64,000 nucleotides of DNA from Diplonema japonicum (Eukaryota > Protista > Euglenozoa: Diplonemea). The DNA is taken from positions 525,564-589,563 of the forward strand of contig OZ025683.1 in NCBI GenBank assembly GCA_964019335.1, read 5' to 3'. Of the stretch, positions 1 to 10,310 are shown in pieces (the stretch's first letter is position 1; every line of letters begins with the position of its first letter). The notes under the pieces were generated by a model that saw only the letters and a list, made by a program, of their open reading frames with translations, did not search any database and was not told the origin of the DNA. The translations under genes were made by a program, and so were the position numbers.

Positions 1-2016
1 AGCCCAGCGGCGCAATAAAAAGCTCACTGATGAGATGCACCTTAGATCACGTCGTGACCCAAAGGGACAGGCACCTTCGGAAATCACTTCTCTGCAGAGT
101 AGGGTTAAATTCTTGGAAGGTGAGATCGAGCTGTCGAGGTCAGGGAAGGTATGTAAAAGCGCCAGGTTCCACATTATAATATAGATCGTTGACACATCGC
201 AGACAGACTCGAAGGCGTGGCCTTCGGAGAAGCTTCTGCTGCAAGCTGATATTGATTGCTTGAAGAGGAAGTGCTTGATGCTTGAGGACAGGTCCCAGTC
301 GCTGACAAATGACCTGAGGCAGGCTGATGAAGCAGTAGGTGATGCCGAGGACAGGTGCCGTGAGGCAGAAGAGGAACTGATGGTTCTGAAGCAAAACGCC
401 ACGCTGGAGTCCTTCAGGAGGATGGACAGCGACAGCGACTCATCGGTGCCCTCAGTGAAACACATCCTCAAGAACGAGTCGCCCGTCAACACTGCTTGGC
501 TTGAACTTCTCTCGGTTGAGGTGGCCAGGATGGACGATCTCAGCAGCACCGCCTCCACTTCCAGCACACACCAACTGGCTCAGTGTGCGAAACTGAAAAC
601 AGTATGAACAAAAGTCTCACAATCCCAATGACAATTAGATGCTCTCTTCATTCGAAGGCAGACTGATCAAAACCCTGCAGTCTGGACAGCTCCCGGTATG
701 CTTTGCTTTATGTTACCATGTTCATCAGGATGTCGTAACAAGTGCCTTGCGGAAGGTGCAAGACGAGGCAAGGACTATTGCCAAGCTTATCCGGTTTGCT
801 GAGGTATGTCTGCAGCAAGAAACACGTCATTCACCTCCAGGATACAGCAAAGAAGGTGCAAGAGAGGCTTGCGGCGGACATCAAGCCTTACAGCACGTCA
901 TTCATGCACCACATGAATTCGCTCAGAACAGCCCCCTCTCCTTGGACAGACCCTATTGCCAAGGCTATCATTCAGCAGCACAGAGGCAAGTGGTGCGGTG
1001 CTGCAGAGGCCCTCTCAGACATGCTGGGCCACGATGCTCAGGACATCGACAAGATACAGCATAACCTAAAACTGTGGGAATCGATAAGCCTAGACGACCA
1101 TGCTGCAGTGAGCGCTAACACCTTAGCTGGCACTGTTGACGTCTATGCACCACGCGAGGACACCTGGCCGCTTCTCACTGCAGAGGACAATGAAAACAGC
1201 GAGAAAGAGAACGTCCGCCTGCGGTATGCAGTCCCAACCTTTAGCCAATCCTTGCAGTGACGAGCTTCGATCAGCGCAGTCGGCAGTGCAGACGCTCGAG
1301 TCGCAGTTCAACAGGGAACGTGAGCGAGAGAGCAGAGAGCGGGACAGGGAGAGCAAGGAACGCGAACGCTCGGTGCAGAGGTATGTCAGCGAGACCCTTT
1401 AACAACATCGCAGTGTGCACGTGTCGCTGGATGAAGACCCGTTCTTCAAGACGTGTGTCTTGCATGTGCATAACCTAGACGCTCGGTACAGGCTGCTGCT
1501 TGATGTACGCGGTAACTTAATGAGTGCCTTGGTGCCTTGCCGCCTGCCCGATGTCAGCGGGTCGCCTCTTGTGAGGTTCAAGAAAGGTGCAATGTGCGTG
1601 GTGTTTGCAATCTCCCTGCGGAGGCTCAGCAGACGGAGGAAGGAGGAGACGGCTTTTGTGGAGGCATCACCAGTGAAAGCAGCGAGGTCGCTGTTGGCGA
1701 GGCCTGCAAGGGAAGGAAAGGTGGCTCATGTTGTGAGCAATGACATTGCAAGCAGGACCTTGCTTGAGGTATGATGCGGACTAGCTGCTGATACACGATC
1801 ACAGGGACTTCAGAGACTGAGGGAGACCGTCACGACATCGAAGGCAAGGGTCGACTTCATTGAGGTATACTTATCCTATCGCGCATCATATCACCACAGG
1901 GATCACTGGAACGTGAGGACCCGATTAGCGAGACGGAGACAGGTGACTCAGGGGATGAAAGCTTCGACATCAACGATGCACTCGAAGAAGACTCATGGGG
2001 TGCCATGGACTCGTAG
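1..2016 (+). CDS. 3' part of a multi-exon coiled-coil protein gene (5' end outside window)
   Basis: Removing GT-AG introns 149-202, 602-638, 696-728, 804-840, 1224-1257, 1381-1413, 1769-1804 and 1865-1899 joins ORF pieces 260, 639, 742, 1136 and 1415 into one open frame ending TAG at 2014-2016. The product is E/K/R/Q-rich. RFKKGAMCVVFAISLRRL resembles the PACT/CCDC171-type RFRxAVxxVIAxxRL motif (weak). Confidence 0.85.
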
Positions 2017-2665
2017 TACAGGGCTGCAGAGGGGAGGGGAGGGGAGGGGTGTGTTATGTTATGGTGCTTTTTTGTAACAATTGCCTAATCCTGTAGTGTT
2101 ATCATCAATCTGTGGATTTCGTTTATATTTCTTTTTAAAAAAGAAGAAGAAAAAAAAAAAAAAAAAGGGAAAAGGGGAGAAAGAAATTATCCCGAAGGAC
2201 GGGAGCCAATGTTTCTTTTTTTAATTTTTGCTGAATGAATTCCTTTTTTTTTTTTTAATATCCCCCTTCTCCTTGTGCGACTTAGCGAAGGGAAGAGAGT
2301 TATCAGAAAACAGAAACTCCGAATGATTGTAAGGAGGGGGCAACATCATCTAGATAGCAGTTGGGCGAGGGTTAGAAAACACTTTTTTTAAAAAAAGAAA
2401 AACGTTAACATCTACAGCCACGCTCATAGTTTACCTGTCTTTGAGGTTGGGGGGAAGTATCTTCCTCCACGCCCCCCTTTTTTTTCTTCTTTTCATGCAC
2501 CATTACACCCTCATAGATATAGTCCCCCCCCATACTTGTTTCCTTTTTATATCTTTATTTTTCTTTTTTTCTTGGTGCCCAATTCTTCTCATGTTTTATT
2601 TCTGTCCACAAGCTGCCCCGTTGGATCCACATTCAGAAAAAGGTAAAAAATAAAAAAAAAATAAA

Positions 2666-4260
2666 ATGAGTGACGACTTCTGTGTCGTCACTGGCCTGCC
2701 TTTGATCAGGCTGCCCGCGAAGCTTGTGAGTGGACCATGGTATGTACTTTGCGAAGAAAGGAAAGGATTCATACCAAACACAGTTCACGGCTGACTGGTG
2801 TATTGTACTATAGCGTGGTGCGGAAGAGTGTGCAGAAGTGGTCGTTCTGGCACGACAGGGTGGTCATGGTGACGCATAACAAGTTCATCGTGACGGACGA
2901 GGACGGCACCATCAAGCGGTTCCACAACTTGGACCACATCACGAAAATAACTGTCGACAAGAAGCACAACGGCAAGCTGCTCATCCTTGTGGGCGTGCAG
3001 GTCACGAACGGTAACGATGTCCTCCTCTCCTTCAACAGCGTGGACAACGGGCACCGCTTCATCTCTGTCCTGGAGACAGTCCTGAACACGTCGTCTTCTG
3101 GCAGCTGGATGATCGCTGAAGGCAACGTCGAGGTACGCAGCGCGGACAGGGCAACTCTCCCCAAGATCGGCTCCTCATGCAGCATGACCGAACAGGAGAT
3201 CTACGAAGAGATCGAACGGGATGGCAACCAGTTGGCTATCATGATGACACGGCAAATGTGCCCAATCACAGGCCTCCCTTATGTAGAGCCTCCCACTGGC
3301 CTCACAGCACCCAACTTCAAGATGCTCTATTGCGGAAACATTCTGAAGCTAACTGCGAAAGGGAAGGAACACGACAGGGTGCTGTTCGTTACGCTGCAAC
3401 GCATCATAGTGGCGGACATGGCGGGGAATGTGAAGAGGTTCCAGTCCACTCATGATATCGTGGCGCTCAAGCACACCATCGACAATGAGATCTTGTTGGA
3501 AATGACAGCTAGTAAGGACTTGCTATTGCACACTTGCCCCGAGGACGCAGCTGTCCTGATGAACGTGATCGGCACCGTGCGGAAAGCTCAGAGCAAAGGC
3601 TTGGCAGTTCCCACGTGGAAGGGTGTCTCGGAGGTGCAGGCGAGTTTGGAGATACGAAAAGGTGATAGCTATGTGCCCCCGCAAGTGACACTGTTCACGT
3701 TAAGAGGGGCACAGCACAGGAGGCGGTCGACATTTGTGTTGGGGAGCTTTTGTTCGCATGATGCAGCGCAGCTGCTGGACAAGGTAGCTAAGACACGTAG
3801 CCTCGACGTCCAGGGCATCGTGGAGAGAGCGGAGAAGGTAGAACGGACACGATTATGGCAGAGGGACCTCCCTGAAGACGCAGAACAAATGGACGAGCAG
3901 GCGGAGAAGGTGAGCAATAGTTTCAACAGCGTGCAGTCCGTCGACAGCGTCCCCTGTGTCATCAACGCCTTCAACATCACTATACCATGCGATCTGCAGA
4001 AATGCGTGACGTGCTTTGCACTAAATAGACAGATCAGAGAGAACAGCCCTCCGGTTAAGTCGCCTGGCACGTTATCCGTAGGCACTCCCTCCCGCCCCCC
4101 ACCTGCTCCTCTCTTGGGTGATCCTTACGACCCTCTCAGGGTGCAGCTCTCTGCTGCAAGGATAAAAATTCATAGCCTCGAACAGTCGAGAAAGTCGAAT
4201 ACCAAAAATATCGACGCATTACTCACGAAACTGAGGTCAGCCACAAAACGGAACAAGTAG
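2666..4260 (+). CDS. Protein with two tandem PH-like domains and a C-terminal coiled coil; one intron (2740-2783)
   Basis: ATG 2666 (MSDDFCVVTGLP) splices in frame through a 44-nt GTATGT...CAG intron into ORF 2737-4260. Internal duplication: CVVTGLP...HDRVVMVTHNKFIVTDEDGTIKRF versus CPITGLP...HDRVLFVTLQRIIVADMAGNVKRF. Confidence 0.8.
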
Positions 4261-4331
4261 AGCGAGAGCTGTGATAATCCTTCCTCACATCATTCATTTG
4301 ATATCGAGCATTGTTTTCTTCTCTTTTTTCT

Positions 4332-4375
4332 TTGGCGGGCCGTTGCTAACCACTTCGTTCCTACCATAGTGAATT
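4332..4375 (+). repeat. Dispersed ~44-bp element, copy 1 (TTGGCGGGCCGTTGCTAACCACTTCGTTCCTACCATAGTGAATT)
   Basis: Near-identical to 18445-18488 and 36953-36989. Confidence 0.9.
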
Positions 4376-4612
4376 CTTTTCTTTTGTGCCCCTCTAGCTG
4401 GGCTGGCGGTTGCCGGCTTTCTAAGTGCATGGTGTTCCATTCCTATGTGTCAGTATTTGGGTGCTCTTTCTGTTAAGTGGGGAAACGACGCAAGACCTCC
4501 TTGCATCTTTTCTTCTGTAAAGTTCCTGTTTGTTTTAGTTCCAGTCTACTTTTTTGTTCTTGTATCGCGAACCTGAAGTGTTGTAGGTCTGTTTACACAC
4601 AAAATATAAAAA

Positions 4613-4981
4613 ATGGCTGGTGTCGTACCGAATCTCATCATGAACGTGACGGTGAACCCACCGCAGATCTCGATCATAGGGCCTGTGAAGGAGACGACGG
4701 TACAGAAGCTGAACACCATTCTTCCGAACTGCTGCACCAGTGCATCAGGACAAAAGACGAAGATGGAGTTCATCCGCAAAGACATCCCCCCGCACTGGTA
4801 CGCAGAGCTGCCCACCGCCTTTGCAAACGAGGAGATGGGCCAGTCACAGATCTTCCTTTCCCTCATGGACGCCCTGGAGGAGGAGGGTGGCTGGATCCTC
4901 AAGGGTACCAACGCGACCAACCATGACGAGGCAAAAGTCACTTACAAGTTTTTCTTCATGAAGGACGAGGACGATGACTAG
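4613..4981 (+). CDS. Small (122 aa) protein of unknown function, resembling a euglenozoan conserved family
   Basis: Clean ORF with GC3-rich codons, an upstream pyrimidine tract/AG and an A-rich ATG context. The motifs NPPQISIIGP and LEEEGGWILKGTN...KFFF recall kinetoplastid hypothetical proteins (from memory, not verified). Confidence 0.8.
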   Translation: MAGVVPNLIMNVTVNPPQISIIGPVKETTVQKLNTILPNCCTSASGQKTKMEFIRKDIPPHWYAELPTAFANEEMGQSQIFLSLMDALEEEGGWILKGTNATNHDEAKVTYKFFFMKDEDDD

Positions 4982-5165
4982 CCGTGTCTTGACAACAAGA
5001 AAGAAGAATTTAATAAGTGTTCCTCCCCGCCCATCTTCTCCACCCATTTGTCACGACTGCAAAAGTCTCTCTTGTTTATATATTATTATGACACTTTTAA
5101 CATTACACTTATTACCATTTCCTTCTTTACCCTTGCACAACACAGCACCACCCTGCAGGCAAGAG

Positions 5166-7694
5166 ATGCCCAACGAGCCTGCGGTCCTGTGCTATGGGTT
5201 GGTCAACGGCTACAAGTCGTTCCGCGCGAGGTCAGTCACACCGCGTGAAGAAAAGAAAAGCACGGCAGCCAGTCGCAAGAGATCTCTTGCACGCGGGAAG
5301 GGCTCCCCTGCACGTGGCGCACGTGGGGTTGCAAAACTGAAACGTGAGAAGGGAAAAGAAACCATTCGTGTGACACTGCACTGCAACGATGCAGCATTAG
5401 AAAAGCCCAACAAACAAGCTGTTGAGGACAATGAGAGAGAAACGGAGGAAGAGCTCGACGCCCTCCGAAGCAAGGTGTCGTCGTTGAAACTGCACATAAA
5501 GCAGCTTACAAGACGGACAGAAGCATGCAATAGAGAGAACAACGAGCTGAAGGAAGAGTTAGACAAACAGAACGCAGCCAACGAGCAGTTTTTAAGTGAT
5601 TACATTGGGGCTGTGCCTCTGGATGATCACATTGCCGTGGGGGACAAGCTAGCACAGCAAGAGGTGGAAGCGATGGCAGTCGCCACAAAGCATCAGCAGG
5701 AGATTTCCGACCTCGGGACGAAGCTGGCTGCAGCAGAAGGCGAACGCGACGGGCTGCGGGCGGAGACGGTGCAACTGCAATCTGCTATGGTTGAACAGGC
5801 TGAGGACTTTGAGGAAGCTTTGCTTAAAGCCACGCAGAAACCCCAACTACAGTTCTTAGCAACCAGTACACAGACGTCCTACATGGTGCAAGACGAGTCT
5901 GCCATGCTGCGTCAGCTAGAGAATCTTGAGCTGTTCGCCAGGCATGACATGCAGACCCTGCACTGCGCCATGGTGGCCCGCGTTGCTTCCGTGTTCCTGC
6001 ATATGCTTCAAGACACCTCAGCAGCAGCCAGATCCAGCCACGAGAAGCATCAGGGCGTCGTAGCTGGGATCAATGACTGTAATAACCTTTTGAAAAGCAG
6101 AACGAGAGCACTGGAAGAGAAGGTAGCTTCTTTAGAAGCCGAGGCAGTGCATTATCAGAGGGGGGTTTCTCATGCACGACAAGAGCTCGTAGAATTGAAA
6201 GAAGAGCTTTTATCCAAAGAACTGACTGTCAAGGACGTGTCTCAGCAGGTGGCCAACATCACCGCCAAGCTTTCAAAGTACCAGCAGAAATGCCAATCCA
6301 TGCAAAAAATAAAAACAGAGCTCCAAGCAAGCGAAGGCGAGAGAAGCCGCATGCGGTCTGAGAACGATTTGATAAAGGAAAAGCTGCGCGTTGCCCTGCA
6401 GCTGGAACAGCACCTTACGAAGCAGGTTGCAGCAGCGGAGGAGAGTGCTGCACAAGTCAGCGTCCAGAACTCAGCACTGAAGAATGAGGTAGCGGTGCTG
6501 CGGCAGGTGTCCGAGTCAAAGTCTAAGGATTTGGAGCTGGTACGCGGCCTGAAGGCACAGCAGATGACAATTTACGATGAAACGCACTGCAGGCTCGGCA
6601 TCCTGCATGACGCCTATGACAGCTTCCTTACCAGTCTCACAGCTGAGAGAATGAGTCTTATCTATAAGTTCGAGTGCAACACACATGACCATGGGCAGAC
6701 ACGCCTCATGCAGCTCGTGCAGCAGCAGCAAGAGCAACTTACATTGTTCAATAGCAAGCTTGACGGCCTTGCGGCCGGGACCATCACAGCAAAGAGAGAC
6801 ATTGGTAGAGAAGCAACGCCCTTGACGGTCGGCCTCATGTCGCTGCAGGCTGGCTTGCTTGACGCCACTTCCGAGGCTGCTGAGTCTGCTGCCGCAGTGC
6901 AAGTCATTCAGCGCAGTGGCCACGGTTACATCCAAAGAAAGGCTTTGTACAAGGAACGCGAGCAGCAGGTGTGGACAACGGAGGTTGTACAGCGTGTTGC
7001 CCGCGGCTACCTCGCACGCAGGACTCTAGCAGCAGAAGTAGAAGAAGACAGGACCCCGGAGCAGGTACATTGTTCTTCCTCCGCGGCTGAAGATGTAACA
7101 GTAGATGAACTCGTAACGGATGTAGATCAGCCCCCTGTGACTGATGGCCTCGTGACTGATGAAGTGAATCCTGTGAATCTCGCTGATGCGGGCATTCTCA
7201 CCTCTGCACACAGTCCAACCGACGCCCCCGACGCTTCGAGGTCTGACTCGGATACGTCTCCTGTGTTTGAAATACCTGACACAGAGGAAGAATCTGAAGA
7301 CATCCCCGTTCCTGTGTTTGATCTTGCGCCTGACGTGCCCGAGCCTACGACTGAAACGCCCGATGCGGTGTCATCTACAGATGTGTCAAGTCCGACCTCC
7401 ACAGGGCACCCGGCACCGGTGTGTGACCCTCTGCAGGATGATATGGAAGAGGACGCAGAGCACCCACGCGCGATAAGCGAGATGATGAAATCACCAGGTA
7501 CAGAGAAGTCTTCCATGCTGCATGACAGCTTTGTGAAACCCAGTGGGTCACCTGCAACGGAGATTAATAACCCTGTGCCGAGGTTCAGCATAACCAGTGA
7601 CGACAGCGTAGACTTCTCGCTCGCTTCGTCTGAGGGCGACATCCCTGTCCCTCTCTTCGAGCCTTCTGCTCAAACTGTTGAAGTGCTCTCTTAA
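5166..7694 (+). CDS. Long coiled-coil protein with IQ-like motifs and an acidic low-complexity tail
   Basis: ORF 4974-7694; the likely start is ATG 5166, just after CCCTGCAG. IQ-like motifs IQRSGHGYIQRK and VQRVARGYLARR. Confidence 0.8.
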   Translation: MPNEPAVLCYGLVNGYKSFRARSVTPREEKKSTAASRKRSLARGKGSPARGARGVAKLKREKGKETIRVTLHCNDAALEKPNKQAVEDNERETEEELDALRSKVSSLKLHIKQLTRRTEACNRENNELKEELDKQNAANEQFLSDYIGAVPLDDHIAVGDKLAQQEVEAMAVATKHQQEISDLGTKLAAAEGERDGLRAETVQLQSAMVEQAEDFEEALLKATQKPQLQFLATSTQTSYMVQDESAMLRQLENLELFARHDMQTLHCAMVARVASVFLHMLQDTSAAARSSHEKHQGVVAGINDCNNLLKSRTRALEEKVASLEAEAVHYQRGVSHARQELVELKEELLSKELTVKDVSQQVANITAKLSKYQQKCQSMQKIKTELQASEGERSRMRSENDLIKEKLRVALQLEQHLTKQVAAAEESAAQVSVQNSALKNEVAVLRQVSESKSKDLELVRGLKAQQMTIYDETHCRLGILHDAYDSFLTSLTAERMSLIYKFECNTHDHGQTRLMQLVQQQQEQLTLFNSKLDGLAAGTITAKRDIGREATPLTVGLMSLQAGLLDATSEAAESAAAVQVIQRSGHGYIQRKALYKEREQQVWTTEVVQRVARGYLARRTLAAEVEEDRTPEQVHCSSSAAEDVTVDELVTDVDQPPVTDGLVTDEVNPVNLADAGILTSAHSPTDAPDASRSDSDTSPVFEIPDTEEESEDIPVPVFDLAPDVPEPTTETPDAVSSTDVSSPTSTGHPAPVCDPLQDDMEEDAEHPRAISEMMKSPGTEKSSMLHDSFVKPSGSPATEINNPVPRFSITSDDSVDFSLASSEGDIPVPLFEPSAQTVEVLS

Positions 7695-7799
7695 ATGCCT
7701 TTTCCAAGTGCACCAAGTTACAATTATATAAAACTGTCATTATTGTCTTCATTCGTGTTTTAGTTGCACAACAAGGTTGACACAAGAAACAAGAAGAAT

Positions 7800-8782
7800 A
7801 TGGGGAAATCACGCTCACGTACTTCGAATGTCCCCCTGCACATAGGGAGCGGGCCGGGTGAGCGTATCGAGCAGACAGTACTGAAAAGGAGAAAGAAGAT
7901 CGAAACAGTATGCCTACCAAAAAGACGTCACCACTGTACAGGTCCACGCTGACAAAGTGAGGAGGGGGTTGGCACAGCAGAAGGCGGCAGGGGAGCACAA
8001 GAAACTGAGGAAACAAGTATGTAGTATCAGCCCTCTGCAAGAAGCCCCTCACAGGTTTTCCGTAATGCGAGAGATTACATCAACAACTTCAAGAGACGGG
8101 AACACAACAAAAAGGAAATGTCCAGGAGGCAGAAAGTGCATATCAAGCAGCCTGTGGTGCTGCCGAGTGAGTTCAAGGGCATGATGGCGCTGGCGATCAG
8201 GGTGAAGGGGTATGTACTTCAAAAGGTTTATATACATCATGCAGTGACGACATCCCGGAAACGTGCAGAAGAATGCTCAGCAAGTGGAAGTTGAATAAAA
8301 TGTATGAGGGAGCCTTCCTGTCCCTGAGTGAGAGCAACTTGCAGGCCCTCCATCTCTTGAAGGACTACGTAAAGTGGGGTTACCCGACACCTGACCAGAT
8401 CAAGGTGCTGATCAGGACTAGGGGTTACACGCTGAACGACAGTGGGATGAGGATCCCCATCAGCGGGAACGCTCTTGTGGAACAAAAGCTCGGCGACCAA
8501 AACATATTGTGTCTTGAGGACATGGAGCACGCCATTGCTAACCATACTGAGGAATTCGATGCCTGTGTACACTTCCTTGCCCCCTTCCGCTTCGAGCCTC
8601 CTGAGAAGGACGAGACAGAGCTCGAGAGAAGGACCAGGGAAAGGAACACCAACGTCGGCGAGAAGTCCTTCGCATCCTTCCTCCTCAACAACATGCCTGA
8701 GGTCCCTCAGAAGGCACCGAACACCACAGCCGCCGAAACTATCTCGAAAAAGAAGAGGAAGCTCTTGGCCAACAAGAAATAA
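7800..8782 (+). CDS. uL30/L7-family ribosome biogenesis protein (Rlp7/RPL7L1-like); introns 7908-7941, 8017-8054, 8210-8244
   Basis: The spliced frame gives TVLKRRK...FRNARDYINNFKRRE...LAIRVKG...YVKWGYP...LIRTRGY...NALVEQKLG...CLEDMEHAI...FLAPFRF, which are L7/uL30 signature blocks. The divergence suggests the Rlp7-like paralog rather than the core ribosomal protein. Confidence 0.85.
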
Positions 8783-8914
8783 AAAAACTCGCACTCATAT
8801 CCCTATTGTCGTAAATCATGAAGTTCCGTCCTCTTTTTTTTTGCCCCCATCAGATCAGATATTCATATTGTATTTCTCTTTGTTTCCGTTCCCACAAAGC
8901 ACTCTAGGTCCGCG

Positions 8915-10204
8915 ATGAAGAAGCTGCAGCGCGCACCACGCTGCACAGCATGTGGCGAGGAGGTGGCGGGCTTGGGGAAGTTCTGCAGCGGGTGCGGCGC
9001 AGAGATAGGAAGCCGGATGTACCAGCAGTACGGGAGGTACTTACGGTCTATTCAGAAGCTTGGTGTGCTTGGATACCACACTATTAAGGAAGACAGTGCA
9101 CAGGAAGAGTCGGAAACATGTGCGAAGTACTTCGGCGAGGAGGATGTCTTCATTAATGATATCAGAAAGTCAACGGAGGCCACAAAGAAACCGGGTTTGG
9201 AACGGACACTCAGTCCACGCCCACCACCGCCTTTCAAGCCGTCTGAAGGGCCGCTGCTCAGCTCGACACCTCTGCTGCCAACACAGGTCGACGACTCGCC
9301 AGCTATCAGCAGGCTCTCAACACCGAATAGAATAAAATACAAGAGCGAAGGCATGATTGTGTATGTGGATCCTCACTCTGATGGGACTGTGCGGATATCT
9401 GGGAAGAACCACGAGAAGCGGCTAAAGATACACAGTGAGAACCCCACCACAGTAGACATGGCTGACAAAATAATCTTGCACCAAGCACTCAACACCTTCT
9501 CAACACCAAGCAAGAGGTACCGCCTCCCCACCGACCAGCATGAGCGTGAGCTAGTTATAGCGAAGCTTTTCTCCCTCGCTTCTGCTCAAGGCGTCCCGCA
9601 TAACATACCAGTGTTCCCCGACCGCATCACCTACGGCAAAGGAAAGGAAAGGGGCAAGGCGTCCCCCACACCATGGCTAGAGTCGAGTAAAGAGCAAATT
9701 CTCGATAAGGCACAGACCGAAATGGTGGTAAAGCGCCTGCACGACGATTTCTTCGCGAACCAGAACGCGCAAATGCAGAGGAGGCCTGCTCAGCCGCCTA
9801 AGGACGTTCACAGTTTACAAGCCATGAACAAACGCCTGTACTACGGACAAGTGGAAGCTAAAAAGCAGTTGCAAGAGAAACTTGATGCTGAGTACCAACG
9901 GAAGACATTCATTCTGCCTCCTGACAGCATACAGGAGTCGACTGCGAGGCTGTACTCAGACGCCGTGGAGCATAAAATCAGGCAACAGGAACTTGAGCAG
10001 AAGTATTTATCACAACCGAAGGCCCCTGCAAAGAGCAACATGAAGGCCGCTGTGCAGCGTTTGTATGATGATGAGCTGGCAAAGAAGGTGGACTTGAGAA
10101 AAGCCTTATGGGAAAAGCATGTAGGCCACAACGAAAAAAAGGTAAAGAAACTTACGGCGAAAGAGATGGGTACCTGTGTGCAACGATTGGCGAACACGAA
10201 TTAA
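8915..10204 (+). CDS. Protein with an N-terminal zinc ribbon (CxxC...CxxC) and C-terminal RLY-type helical repeats
   Basis: CTAC...FCSGCG at the N-terminus; repeated KRLH, KRLY, ARLY, QRLY and QRLA motifs. Confidence 0.8.
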   Translation: MKKLQRAPRCTACGEEVAGLGKFCSGCGAEIGSRMYQQYGRYLRSIQKLGVLGYHTIKEDSAQEESETCAKYFGEEDVFINDIRKSTEATKKPGLERTLSPRPPPPFKPSEGPLLSSTPLLPTQVDDSPAISRLSTPNRIKYKSEGMIVYVDPHSDGTVRISGKNHEKRLKIHSENPTTVDMADKIILHQALNTFSTPSKRYRLPTDQHERELVIAKLFSLASAQGVPHNIPVFPDRITYGKGKERGKASPTPWLESSKEQILDKAQTEMVVKRLHDDFFANQNAQMQRRPAQPPKDVHSLQAMNKRLYYGQVEAKKQLQEKLDAEYQRKTFILPPDSIQESTARLYSDAVEHKIRQQELEQKYLSQPKAPAKSNMKAAVQRLYDDELAKKVDLRKALWEKHVGHNEKKVKKLTAKEMGTCVQRLANTN

Positions 10205-10310
10205 CAACGTGTCCTTACGGACATGACCCAGCAGTGGGAAACAGTTATGTTTTTATGGGTTGTTAGCACTCTATATGTACCCTTTTAGCTTAATCTCTTC
10301 ACAACAGGTC

